From Patescibacteria group bacterium (GTDB lineage: Bacteria > Patescibacteriota > Patescibacteriia > UM-FILTER-42-10), in NCBI GenBank assembly GCA_041664365.1, contig JBAYKW010000001.1, forward strand, positions 71,168 to 135,167: DNA of 64,000 nucleotides, written 5' to 3'. Below the pieces are notes generated by a model. The model saw only the letters and a list, made by a program, of their open reading frames with translations, did no database searches and was not told the origin of the DNA. Shown in pieces: positions 30,918 through 39,665 of the stretch; the first letter of the stretch is position 1; the number at the start of each line of letters is the position of its first letter. Position numbers and translations under genes: made by a program.

Positions 30918-31253
30918 CGGGTCATCAGACCCTTCACCTGTCACAACCAAGCAAGCTTGGTTGTTTTAGGTTGCGGGTCTGTGCCCCTTTCCCCAACCCG
31001 CCAAGGGCGGGTCGGGGGCCCCATTTTTTGGTTTTATTTTCTGTCTCGGCGAAGATGAGCTCGGCTAGTCAAGCCAATGCCTTGCGCGCTCCTGTTGCGC
31101 TCAGGATAAATAATGAATAAAGATGTTTGTTTATAAATGGGATTTGAACGGATGTGCTAAGCAAGGACGTTCTGGCTATTATTGACATGCCAACCTACAT
31201 AATGTAAGTTGCACACTGCGTAGCTCATCTTCAGTCTGAAAGGGAGGAAAAGC

Positions 31254-31763
31254 ATGAGCTTCAGTGACTTGATATTGCGGATGTACTGTCTTAGTCCATT
31301 CCGCTTCACGGCAACCAAGTGCGGTCATCGCACAAAGCGTACCGGAAAGTTGTCCGCGTTCGGACTCACTGTGATCTGCAGGAGCCCCATGAACACTGAC
31401 GGTTCGGTGGATTACTGTCATGACTGCCTTGGCAGTATGACCATCCAATGCGTGTGGTGCGGTGAACCGATTCTTGTCGGTGATCCGATTACGCTGTACA
31501 CGCCTGCGATTGCACTGTTTGCGCCGGTAGATGAATGGTGTATTCCCAAACATGCGGTCATCTACCGCAAAGAGCATCCTGTTCAACTCGTCGGTTGCCT
31601 CAGAATGAGTTGCGCCGATTCCAGCGCGGATCGAGCAGGGTTCTGGCTTCCGGGTGAAGACGGTAAAGGCCGTGTCCTGCGGGTACAAACTGCACTTGAA
31701 GCCATCCTTAACGCACCTGTATCGTCAATCATGCTGGTGCGCGACACGCACGACTTCGCTTGA
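31254..31763 (+). CDS. GC-rich Cys-rich hypothetical protein (probable zinc binder)
   Basis: CGH, CxxC x2; GGGAGG SD; TTGACA-17-TAAGTT promoter; terminator at ~31837-31868. Confidence 0.7.
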   Translation: MSFSDLILRMYCLSPFRFTATKCGHRTKRTGKLSAFGLTVICRSPMNTDGSVDYCHDCLGSMTIQCVWCGEPILVGDPITLYTPAIALFAPVDEWCIPKHAVIYRKEHPVQLVGCLRMSCADSSADRAGFWLPGEDGKGRVLRVQTALEAILNAPVSSIMLVRDTHDFA

Positions 31764-31987
31764 AGCGATGAATTTGACGTTCATTCCTCTCGATAACCAT
31801 CCGGCTAGGTAGCCACCAAATTCCGGTAGGTATGGCGGGCTGACATTTCATGATGTTAGCTCTTTTTATTGGAAAAATGACTGCATAATTAAACCCCTAT
31901 ACTTAGTTTTATATTTTTTTAAATTGATAATCCGTGCAAATCTGCTATAATTAAATCCGATATAAATAATCATTAACATCAATTGAT

Positions 31988-32563
31988 ATGGGAAATTTAG
32001 CAGGTTCTCAAACAGAAGAAAATTTGCTCAAAGCATTTGCCGGGGAATCACAGGCCAGAATGCGTTATGATTATTTTTCCAAGCAGGCAAAAAAAGAAGG
32101 ACTGGAACAGATCTTCGGGTTTTTTGAGGAGACGGCGATGAACGAACGCGAGCATGCCAAAGTGTTTTTTAAATTCCTGGAAGGCAATATGGTGGAAATT
32201 ACCGCGACCTATCCGGCGGGAAAAATCGGAACTACATTGGAAAACCTGAAAGCGGCGGCGGATGGGGAGAACGAAGAATGGACGAAGCTCTATCCGGAAT
32301 TTGCAAAAGTTGCTGACGAGGAAGGATTTAAGGAAATTGCCAATGCCTTTCGGAATATCGCTAAAGTAGAGGAACAACACGAAAAAAGATACAGAAAACT
32401 GTATCAAAATCTGGACGAAGGAAAAGTATTTGTCAGTGGAGATAAAATAGTCTGGAAATGTCGGAATTGCGGCTATTTGCATGAGGGCACAAAGGCTCCG
32501 AATATCTGCCCGGCTTGCCAGCATCCGCAGGCTCACTTTGAAATATTTAAACAAAATTATTAA
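31988..32563 (+). CDS. rbr: Rubrerythrin
   Basis: [12 protein letters not shown], di-iron ExxH motifs, C-terminal CRNCG...CPAC.HP rubredoxin-like domain. Confidence 0.96.
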   Translation: MGNLAGSQTEENLLKAFAGESQARMRYDYFSKQAKKEGLEQIFGFFEETAMNEREHAKVFFKFLEGNMVEITATYPAGKIGTTLENLKAAADGENEEWTKLYPEFAKVADEEGFKEIANAFRNIAKVEEQHEKRYRKLYQNLDEGKVFVSGDKIVWKCRNCGYLHEGTKAPNICPACQHPQAHFEIFKQNY

Positions 32564-32584
32564 TAACTAGAAAGGATTAAACCC

Positions 32585-32836
32585 ATGAAAATTACCAAGA
32601 AAAGAGTTCCAACTTCATCGTCAACCGGCGAACACGTTAAGTTCGATAAACTGATTGAACATACCAATAAGATAAAAGGTAAGTACAGCTCGATGGATGA
32701 TGAAACAAAAAAGAAAGTAATGTTGGGTTTGGCGGGTGCATTTGCTATATTGACCAGCATTGCGACGGTAAAAAGAGTGAATAAAACACGAAAAAAGATA
32801 AAGGCTAGAAAGGATTCCAAGCGAGAAGGATTATGA
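32585..32836 (+). CDS. Small basic protein with one hydrophobic helix
   Basis: 83 aa, AAGGA SD, ATGA overlap with next gene. Confidence 0.55.
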   Translation: MKITKKRVPTSSSTGEHVKFDKLIEHTNKIKGKYSSMDDETKKKVMLGLAGAFAILTSIATVKRVNKTRKKIKARKDSKREGL

Positions 32837-33879
32837 CCAAAAAAAACCGAAAAGTAAGCGTTGCTTTTTTTGAGGTTGAGCAGTGGGAAAAAGAATATTT
32901 AGAAAAAAGATTAAAAGGATTTGAACTAATTTTTTTTGGTAAAACAGCGGACAAGGAAAGTCTGAACAGTATTCAGAATGTCAGCATCTTGTCTCCTTTT
33001 ATCTATTCTAAAATAAGCAAGGATATTCTATTAGCCCTACCTAACCTGAAATTAGTGGCGACCCGCTCTACCGGATTTGATCACATTGATCTGGTGTCGG
33101 CGCGCAAATTAAATATCAAAGTGGCGAATGTCCCGACGTACGGAGCGAATACGGTTGCGGAGCATACCTTCGCCTTAATCCTTTCGTTGAGCAGGAAAAT
33201 CCATCAGGCTTATGAGCGGACATCACGGGGAAATTTCAGCCTGGAGGGATTGCGCGGTTTTGACCTTAGAGATAAAACGATCGGTGTGGTCGGCGGGGGA
33301 AATATCGGACAGCATGTTGTGCGGATCGCGCAGGGGTTCAACATGAAAGTAATCGTATATGATGTTCACCGCGACCGGAAATTAGCAAAGAAAATGGGTT
33401 TTGAGTATGTGACGCTTAACCGGCTGATCAGTACATCAAATATTATTACCCTCCACGCGCCATATAACAAAAAAACCCATCACATGATCAATAGGCAGAA
33501 TATTAAGCTGGTAAAAGACGGGGCAATGATTATCAATACTGCCCGTGGAGGCCTGATTGATACTACGGCATTAATAGACGGGTTGCGCGACGGCAAGCTA
33601 GCCGGTATTGGATTAGATGTTTTGGAAGAAGAAAAATACATTCTGAAAGAAGAAGCGGAACTATTATCCCCGCACTTCATCAGTAAAAATCAGCAGAATA
33701 TAAAAGAAAATCTGGAGACAGTCGTGGAAGGACATATGCTACTCATGTCGGATAAAGTTGTAGTAACTCCGCACAATGCATTTAACAGCAAGGAGGCACT
33801 GGAAAGAATATTGGATACGACCATTGAAAATATTACTTCCTTCAGTAAGAAAATAAGGATGAAAAACTTAGTTAAATAG
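32833..33879 (+). CDS. D-isomer-specific 2-hydroxyacid dehydrogenase (D-lactate dehydrogenase-like)
   Basis: RSTGFDHID, VAEHT, GGGNIG, INTARG, LDVLEEE, TPHNAF. Confidence 0.93.
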   Translation: MTKKNRKVSVAFFEVEQWEKEYLEKRLKGFELIFFGKTADKESLNSIQNVSILSPFIYSKISKDILLALPNLKLVATRSTGFDHIDLVSARKLNIKVANVPTYGANTVAEHTFALILSLSRKIHQAYERTSRGNFSLEGLRGFDLRDKTIGVVGGGNIGQHVVRIAQGFNMKVIVYDVHRDRKLAKKMGFEYVTLNRLISTSNIITLHAPYNKKTHHMINRQNIKLVKDGAMIINTARGGLIDTTALIDGLRDGKLAGIGLDVLEEEKYILKEEAELLSPHFISKNQQNIKENLETVVEGHMLLMSDKVVVTPHNAFNSKEALERILDTTIENITSFSKKIRMKNLVK

Positions 33880-33892
33880 CTTGAGCCAGTTC

Positions 33893-33922
33893 AAAAAAAC
33901 CGTCTGATTTAGACGGTTTTTT
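33893..33922 (+). terminator. Intrinsic terminator
   Basis: AAAAAACCGTCT-GATTT-AGACGGTTTTTT. Confidence 0.75.
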
Positions 33923-33954
33923 GTTATTGATATTCTTGATATACTTATTATGTA

Positions 33955-34752
33955 ATGAAAAGAAAAGCACTAATTCTTGGCGCTACGGGATATTTAGGGT
34001 CGGAAGTTGTAAATAACGCTCCCGAAAATCTTGTTTTGTATTTTGGAAGTAGAGATGTGAGAATCGCAGGACATAATCAAGTAATGGTCGACCTGCTTGA
34101 TTATGATACCGTAAAAAAGGCGATTGCTGATATTGCTCCTGACATTATTATTCATTCGGCAAGATTAGGCGAATTTGATGATGATCCAGTAAAGGCCAAA
34201 GAGGTAACCGCGAACTTAGTCTCATCCATTAAATCAGTTAGCGCGAGATTGATTTATATGTCTTCAGACGCGGTGTTTGACGGAACAAAGGGAGAATATA
34301 AAGAAGACAGCAGGGGTAACCCCGTGACCGATTATGGCAGGGCAAAATTAGCAGCAGAAAATGTAATCAAATCTGAGATGGATAATTATACAATCATTCG
34401 TGCCGGGTATATTTATGGCGTTGGGGCGAAGGGGATGGACCGAAGATGTGAAAAAATACTCGCAGAAACGAAGGATGGAAAAAAAGTAAAAAGATTTAAC
34501 GACGTGTTTAGAACCCCGATCCATGTTACAAAATTGGCTAAGTTTATTTGGAAACTGGTGGGGTCGGATTTTAAAGGGATTATTCATGTTGGTGAAGAGA
34601 AGCAGAGCGTCTACCAGTTTAGCCAAAAGATTTTAAAAGATGCTGGTGCAGACAGTAGCCTGGTTGAATCTGATTCTGCAAGAGATAAGGGATTAAATAT
34701 CGCAATAGACACGTCTCTAAACACAAAGCTTTATCATACTTTAATAAAATAA
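33955..34752 (+). CDS. RmlD-like extended SDR sugar-nucleotide reductase
   Basis: GATGYLG, SSDAVFDG, YGRAK. Confidence 0.85.
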   Translation: MKRKALILGATGYLGSEVVNNAPENLVLYFGSRDVRIAGHNQVMVDLLDYDTVKKAIADIAPDIIIHSARLGEFDDDPVKAKEVTANLVSSIKSVSARLIYMSSDAVFDGTKGEYKEDSRGNPVTDYGRAKLAAENVIKSEMDNYTIIRAGYIYGVGAKGMDRRCEKILAETKDGKKVKRFNDVFRTPIHVTKLAKFIWKLVGSDFKGIIHVGEEKQSVYQFSQKILKDAGADSSLVESDSARDKGLNIAIDTSLNTKLYHTLIK

Positions 34753-34863
34753 AAACAGTCCCAGAGAGCGAAGGAACTGTTTTTTAGTATTTATCTGTCA
34801 GTGGCGTGTTCTATGAGTATGTATAATTTGTTACATAACAATTTATATTGTGTTGTTTTGGTT

Positions 34864-34942
34864 AAATAAAAAAATGGACCGTTGAACTGAAGGCAGTTCT
34901 CGGGTCCCTTATCAGGAATGTGCGATAGCCGTATTAGACGGC
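34864..34942 (-). terminator. Structured 3' element copy A (hairpin plus bulged terminator)
   Basis: Homologous to 35362-35439. Confidence 0.7.
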
Positions 34943-34946
34943 GCAG

Positions 34947-35270
34947 TTAGGGGTTATCTGGTGGGACGAGGATCATGTTGAGCGACATACCGAGCTTGCC
35001 GAGTTTCTCGATGAGATCGATCAATGTCCTTCTACCAAAGTTCCGGACCGACATGAGGTCTTCTTCGGTCGTGAGGACAAGATCGAGGATGGTGCGTATG
35101 TGGAGATCACGGCAGGCGTGCTTCATCCGTACAGAGGCATCTAATTCTGCCACTTTCATGCACACCACTTGGATGGGGATAACGACTGTGTTGCCATCCT
35201 GTGCGCGGAGTGGAATACACAGTTCACCCGATTGTCTCACGATCATGCCAACGGCTAGTAGCTTACTCAT
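34947..35270 (-). CDS. Stand-alone RNA polymerase alpha-subunit C-terminal domain protein
   Basis: VAELDASVR...IRTILDLVLTTEEDLMSVRNFGRRTL..L..KL..LGMSL; AGGAGGAGG SD before MSKLL; TTGACA-17-TACGAT promoter. Confidence 0.82.
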   Translation of the reverse strand: MSKLLAVGMIVRQSGELCIPLRAQDGNTVVIPIQVVCMKVAELDASVRMKHACRDLHIRTILDLVLTTEEDLMSVRNFGRRTLIDLIEKLGKLGMSLNMILVPPDNP

Positions 35271-35361
35271 CTGTTCACCTCCTCCTATGGAGCAGTCTAA
35301 AGAGACACAAAGGCGATGCTCCATCGTAATTTAATGTTTCTAAATTGTCAAGCCCCGTTTG

Positions 35362-35439
35362 AAATAAAAAAATGGACCTTTGAACAGAAGCTGTTCGCAG
35401 GTCCTTCACGGGAATGAGCGGGTGGCCGTACTAGACGGC
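35362..35439 (-). terminator. Structured 3' element copy B
   Basis: Homologous to 34864-34942; contains the stop codon of the PepT-like gene. Confidence 0.7.
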
Positions 35440-36696
35440 CTGGTACTCGGTGTACAGAGCGATGATGTGCTTCAGGATCAAGGCAGTACACTCGAGCTCA
35501 TCGACCACCAGGAATTCCTCCTTGCCATGGAGGTTGCGGGAGCCGTAGCCGATGTTGGGTGTGGCACAGGTGGGGTAGATCATGTTGAAGCCGGCGCCGT
35601 CCGTCCCGCCGCGGACGTTGTGATCGGAGGTGGTGACACCGTGGATAGCGTGTGCCGCGTAGATCGGCTGGAGCAGGTCGCGGTTGGCTTCGTTGATCGA
35701 GCGGTTGTTGATGCACACCGTCTCGTCCGACACGATCTTGAAGGTACAACCTTCGGCCCTGGCGCACTGCTGTGCGACCTGGACTGCGCGTCGCATCATC
35801 ACGTCCGTTTCCTTCTCGTCGAAGGAGCGGGGGACGATGAGCAGGCTGGCCTTGCCGGCGTCCATCTTAGCGTCCACGATGTAGAAGAACGGTGCCCTGC
35901 GGTCAGCGATGCCGGCGTACGGGTTGAGGAAGAGCTGTTCCATCTGCATGGCGAATGCCATCGCCGCGTAATGAGCGCGGTGGAGCTTGTGCGGGTAGAC
36001 GCCGGGGTGGGCGTCAGCGCCGTAGAACTCCATCTTCACCATCCGGCAGGCGAAACAGCCCAGGTCGATCTCGCCGACCGGACCTCCGTCCACGGTGAGC
36101 AGAACATCCCACGCACCGGCGATCTCCGGCGGGATGTTCTTCCCCTTGATGCGACCGATCTCCTCGTCGGTGCAGATCCACAAGTCGAGCGGTCCGTGCG
36201 AAAGTTGCTTGAGGAGCATGTTGCCAACTGCGTCAACGATGACGGCTAGACCACCCTTGTCGTCTGCACCGAGCAGACTGTCGCCGGAGCCGGTGATGAT
36301 GGTCTTGCCCTCCAGTCCCGTGAGGTCTTCGGCGGGGATCACGACATCACCCTTCGGCAGCACGATGCTCCCGCCCCGATAAGGGGGATGGATGATCGGA
36401 GTGACGGCGCCGGAAACGCCGGGGTAGGTGTCGACGTGTGCGGAAAGGCACAGGTACGGCTTGTCTTCGAGTCCTTTGGTCGCCGGGAAGCGAACGATGA
36501 GTTCACCTTCCGGCAGGTCCACGAACTGGCCATCGGCAGTGCCCAGCTCGAGCAGGCCGTCTTTCAAGAGGTGCATGACTTCAAGCTGTCCGGGGCTTGT
36601 CGGGAACTCCGTTGACTCGGCGTTCGAAGCTGAGTCCACGCCGACATAGCGCAGGAACAGTTCCGTGACCGGAGCGAGTGCGGTCGGTTGGTTCAT
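35431..36696 (-). CDS. pepT: Peptidase T-like M20B metallopeptidase (GC-rich)
   Basis: SAHVDT, LLGADDK, DEEIG, TVDGG, RGGTDG, NLHG motifs; GGGAGG SD before MNQPT. Confidence 0.85.
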   Translation of the reverse strand: MNQPTALAPVTELFLRYVGVDSASNAESTEFPTSPGQLEVMHLLKDGLLELGTADGQFVDLPEGELIVRFPATKGLEDKPYLCLSAHVDTYPGVSGAVTPIIHPPYRGGSIVLPKGDVVIPAEDLTGLEGKTIITGSGDSLLGADDKGGLAVIVDAVGNMLLKQLSHGPLDLWICTDEEIGRIKGKNIPPEIAGAWDVLLTVDGGPVGEIDLGCFACRMVKMEFYGADAHPGVYPHKLHRAHYAAMAFAMQMEQLFLNPYAGIADRRAPFFYIVDAKMDAGKASLLIVPRSFDEKETDVMMRRAVQVAQQCARAEGCTFKIVSDETVCINNRSINEANRDLLQPIYAAHAIHGVTTSDHNVRGGTDGAGFNMIYPTCATPNIGYGSRNLHGKEEFLVVDELECTALILKHIIALYTEYQAV

Positions 36697-36858
36697 GCCG
36701 AAACCTCCCAAGAATCGGGTAATTGTCTACTGTACCCGGAAATTGGGCACAGTTTTGGTTTTTACCATATTATTTTGACTCTGGCAAGCTAGGGTAGTCA
36801 CATAGTGACTGCACTGACAAGTCGCCAGAAGCAGCAATATTTGATACAATAATCCGGT

Positions 36859-37641
36859 ATGAATAAGGAAACAAAGATAATAATCAAAGCAGTAGAAGCC
36901 GGCGGGGAAGTATTAAGGAAATATTTTGGCCAGGAGCTTAAAGTTGTTCAAAAGACACTTCCGGCTGATGTATACACAAAAGCGGATATTGAGTCGGAAG
37001 CAGCGATTTTAAGTATTGTTACCAAAGAATTACCAGGCTATAATATCTTTTCCGAAGAAACGGGAGAGATCAGGAGAAATTCCGAATATACATTAATTAT
37101 TGATCCCTTGGACGGGTCAAATAACTTTGTTCTGGGGATTCCCAATTTTTCTGCATCAATAGCCCTTTTAAAAAATGATGAAATAATAGCGTCTGCAATT
37201 TATGATCCGATTCAGAAAAAAACCTATCACGCGGAAAAGGGAAACGGCGCATTCTGCAATAAGAAAAAAATTGAAGTAAATAAAATTTCTGAATGGGAAA
37301 AATCAACTGTTGTTTATATAACCCATTATACTGTGAACCGCAGACCGCATAAGCTAATTATTGACCGGATTGAGAATAAGAAAGTAAAAAGAGTTTTGCG
37401 CAACTGGTCACCCTCACTGGATTTTTGCATGCTCGCTTCAGGAAAAATTGAAATTCTGATTAATAATTACAGCGAGATTTATGATCATATTGCCGGTAAA
37501 CTGATTGCCAGGGAAGCCGGGGCACGCATTACAGATTTTTCCGGAAAAGCTGAAAAAAATGACATGAATAGCATATTCATGGCCACTAACGGCACCAAAC
37601 TCCATGGCGAAACTGTAAAATTATCACTGACAAATAAATAA
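36859..37641 (+). CDS. Inositol monophosphatase family (SuhB-like)
   Basis: SEETG, IIDPLDGSNNF, YDHIAG.LI.REAG. Confidence 0.9.
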   Translation: MNKETKIIIKAVEAGGEVLRKYFGQELKVVQKTLPADVYTKADIESEAAILSIVTKELPGYNIFSEETGEIRRNSEYTLIIDPLDGSNNFVLGIPNFSASIALLKNDEIIASAIYDPIQKKTYHAEKGNGAFCNKKKIEVNKISEWEKSTVVYITHYTVNRRPHKLIIDRIENKKVKRVLRNWSPSLDFCMLASGKIEILINNYSEIYDHIAGKLIAREAGARITDFSGKAEKNDMNSIFMATNGTKLHGETVKLSLTNK

Positions 37642-37645
37642 AATT

Positions 37646-37870
37646 ATGAGTGAAGGATTATCAAAATTTAATGAAGGTGGAATATCTAATGAGGATGAGC
37701 AAAAAAAAGCGCGCATTGATGTTATTCGTTATGAAATTATGCAAATTGAAAGAAAAATCATGAAATTGAATATTCACCGCAAACCAGATTCTGAAGCTGA
37801 AATTAGTAGCCTACACGAAAGACAAGCAGAACTTTTAACCGAATTACAACAACTTGAAAATGAAAATTAA
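37646..37870 (+). CDS. Small coiled-coil hypothetical protein
   Basis: 74 aa, tightly packed in operon. Confidence 0.5.
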   Translation: MSEGLSKFNEGGISNEDEQKKARIDVIRYEIMQIERKIMKLNIHRKPDSEAEISSLHERQAELLTELQQLENEN

Positions 37871-38876
37871 AAAAGAAAAAATAGCCTCTATTTCTAGTGG
37901 TCATGATCCATTGCATATCGGTTTAATGGGAGCACTCGCTATAATGCTCGCTGCTTTTTTATGGGCATTTGACGGAGTGGTGCTGACACCCTGGGTGGTT
38001 GATCTGGGACTTTCTGATATACCGACATTTGTTTTTATGCTGCATGCGGTGTCATCGGTTTTCCTGAGCTATTATTTATTTAGAAAGTTTAAAGAATTGA
38101 AAAATCTGGACAAAAAAGACTGGTTGGCATTCGGTCTGACCGGATTCTTTGGCGGAGCGGTCGGTACCATGGCGATTATTGCGGCGATAGTTCAGGTTTA
38201 CAGCGAGGGTTTAAACATTTCTGTTGTACTATTACTGCAAAAACTTCAGCCGATCTTTGCTATTTTACTGGCCTTTATTTGGCTGAAGGAGAGGCCGAGA
38301 AAAATATTTTATGTCTGGGCCGCGGTTGCTTTAATCGGTAGCTATCTTTTGACATTCGGCCTGCATAGTCCGGATTTTAAAGCAACTGGCATGTTCATTC
38401 CGGCAATGCTGGCTATTTTAGCGGCGTTTTCGTTCGGATCCTCCACGGTATTTTCTAAAAAAGCGGTTGCTAAAATTAATCATGGATTGAGCACGGCACT
38501 GCGGTTTTTTATCACAACCGCAATTATGCTGGTAATAATTTCGGTTATAGAACTGCTAAAATCAGCTGGAATTGAAACGAGCTATGCCGGGTTTAGCGGA
38601 TTTAGCGCAATTAACTGGAACCTGATCGGCGCGTTTGTTGTTATCGCTTTGAGCACCGGCGGAATGGCGATATTTATATATTACTGGGGGCTGAAAAAAG
38701 TTTTAGCATCACGTTCGACTGTTTATGAAATGGTATTTCCGGTAAGTGCAATAATTCTGGAATACTTTATTCATAAACAGACTCTGACAGCCGGACAATG
38801 GCTGGGTGCTGTAATTGTATTTGGCGCAATCTGGTCAATTCTGCGACTGAAAAAGATTGATGCGCAGGTTGAATAA
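37854..38876 (+). CDS. DMT/EamA-family transporter
   Basis: About ten TM helices, LQPIFAILLA..WLKE. Confidence 0.88.
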   Translation: MKMKIKKEKIASISSGHDPLHIGLMGALAIMLAAFLWAFDGVVLTPWVVDLGLSDIPTFVFMLHAVSSVFLSYYLFRKFKELKNLDKKDWLAFGLTGFFGGAVGTMAIIAAIVQVYSEGLNISVVLLLQKLQPIFAILLAFIWLKERPRKIFYVWAAVALIGSYLLTFGLHSPDFKATGMFIPAMLAILAAFSFGSSTVFSKKAVAKINHGLSTALRFFITTAIMLVIISVIELLKSAGIETSYAGFSGFSAINWNLIGAFVVIALSTGGMAIFIYYWGLKKVLASRSTVYEMVFPVSAIILEYFIHKQTLTAGQWLGAVIVFGAIWSILRLKKIDAQVE

Positions 38877-38897
38877 TAATGATATAATAAAAAAAAT

Positions 38898-39647
38898 ATG
38901 ACAGAAATTTGGCTTTATACAATTGGTAGTGTTTTTATAGTCAGCTTGGTTTCCTTTATTGGAATCCTGGCGATTTCGATTAATCTGGAAAAGTTGAAGA
39001 AAGGTCTTTTATTCCTGGTCAGTTTTGCCGCCGGCTCACTTCTGGGCGATGCATTTATCCATTTGATTCCGGAGGTATTTGAGGAATCAGAAAATACAGA
39101 GATCGTACCCTTTATGATATTAGCGGGATTTATCATCTTCTTTATTTTGGAAAAGATTCTCTGCTGGCGTCATTGCCATGTACCGACATCCGAAGAACAC
39201 CCGCATCCGGTGGCAGTGAACAATTTGGTTGGGGATGGATTTCACAACTTGATAGACGGTATGATTATTGCCGGCAGTTTTTTAGTGAGTATACCCTTAG
39301 GTATCGCAACCAGTATTGCTGTTTTACTGCATGAAATACCGCAGGAAATAGGTGATTTCGGCATATTACTGCACGCCGGGTTCAATAAGCGGAAAGCATT
39401 AATATTCAATTACCTGTCGGCATTGACGGCATTGGTCGGTGCAGCTCTTACTCTGATTATCGGAACAGCGCTGGAAAACAAGCAGGTTTTTGTGATTGCA
39501 TTTACCATCGGAGGTTTTATCTATATTGCGGCGGCGGATTTAATACCGGAAATGAAGAAGGAAACAAACTTTAAAAAATCCTGGTTCCAGCTTTTGTCTC
39601 TGATGCTCGGAATTGGCGTGATGGCACTTTTACTGTTGCTAGAATAA
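38898..39647 (+). CDS. ZIP-family metal transporter
   Basis: WRHCH loop, GDGFHNLIDG, HEIPQEIGDF. Confidence 0.92.
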   Translation: MTEIWLYTIGSVFIVSLVSFIGILAISINLEKLKKGLLFLVSFAAGSLLGDAFIHLIPEVFEESENTEIVPFMILAGFIIFFILEKILCWRHCHVPTSEEHPHPVAVNNLVGDGFHNLIDGMIIAGSFLVSIPLGIATSIAVLLHEIPQEIGDFGILLHAGFNKRKALIFNYLSALTALVGAALTLIIGTALENKQVFVIAFTIGGFIYIAAADLIPEMKKETNFKKSWFQLLSLMLGIGVMALLLLLE

Positions 39648-39665
39648 ATATCTTTTGATAAATCT

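Noticed and set aside
30187-31120. ORFs 30187-30411, 30547-30918, 30749-30937 and 30764-31120
   Set aside because: They are translations of tRNA sequence and palindromic repeats; not credible proteins.
31761-31763. TGA read-through under genetic code 25
   Set aside because: Core genes such as guaA end in TGA and long genes have no internal TGA, which is consistent with code 11.
34864-35439. Integron attC array or CRISPR array
   Set aside because: No RYYYAAC/GTTRRRY ends or integrase; only two copies about 500 bp apart with no spacer periodicity and no cas genes.
35380-36649. Long plus-strand ORFs (for example 35380-36249, 289 aa)
   Set aside because: Antisense shadows of the GC-rich pepT-like gene, which has all catalytic motifs on the minus strand.
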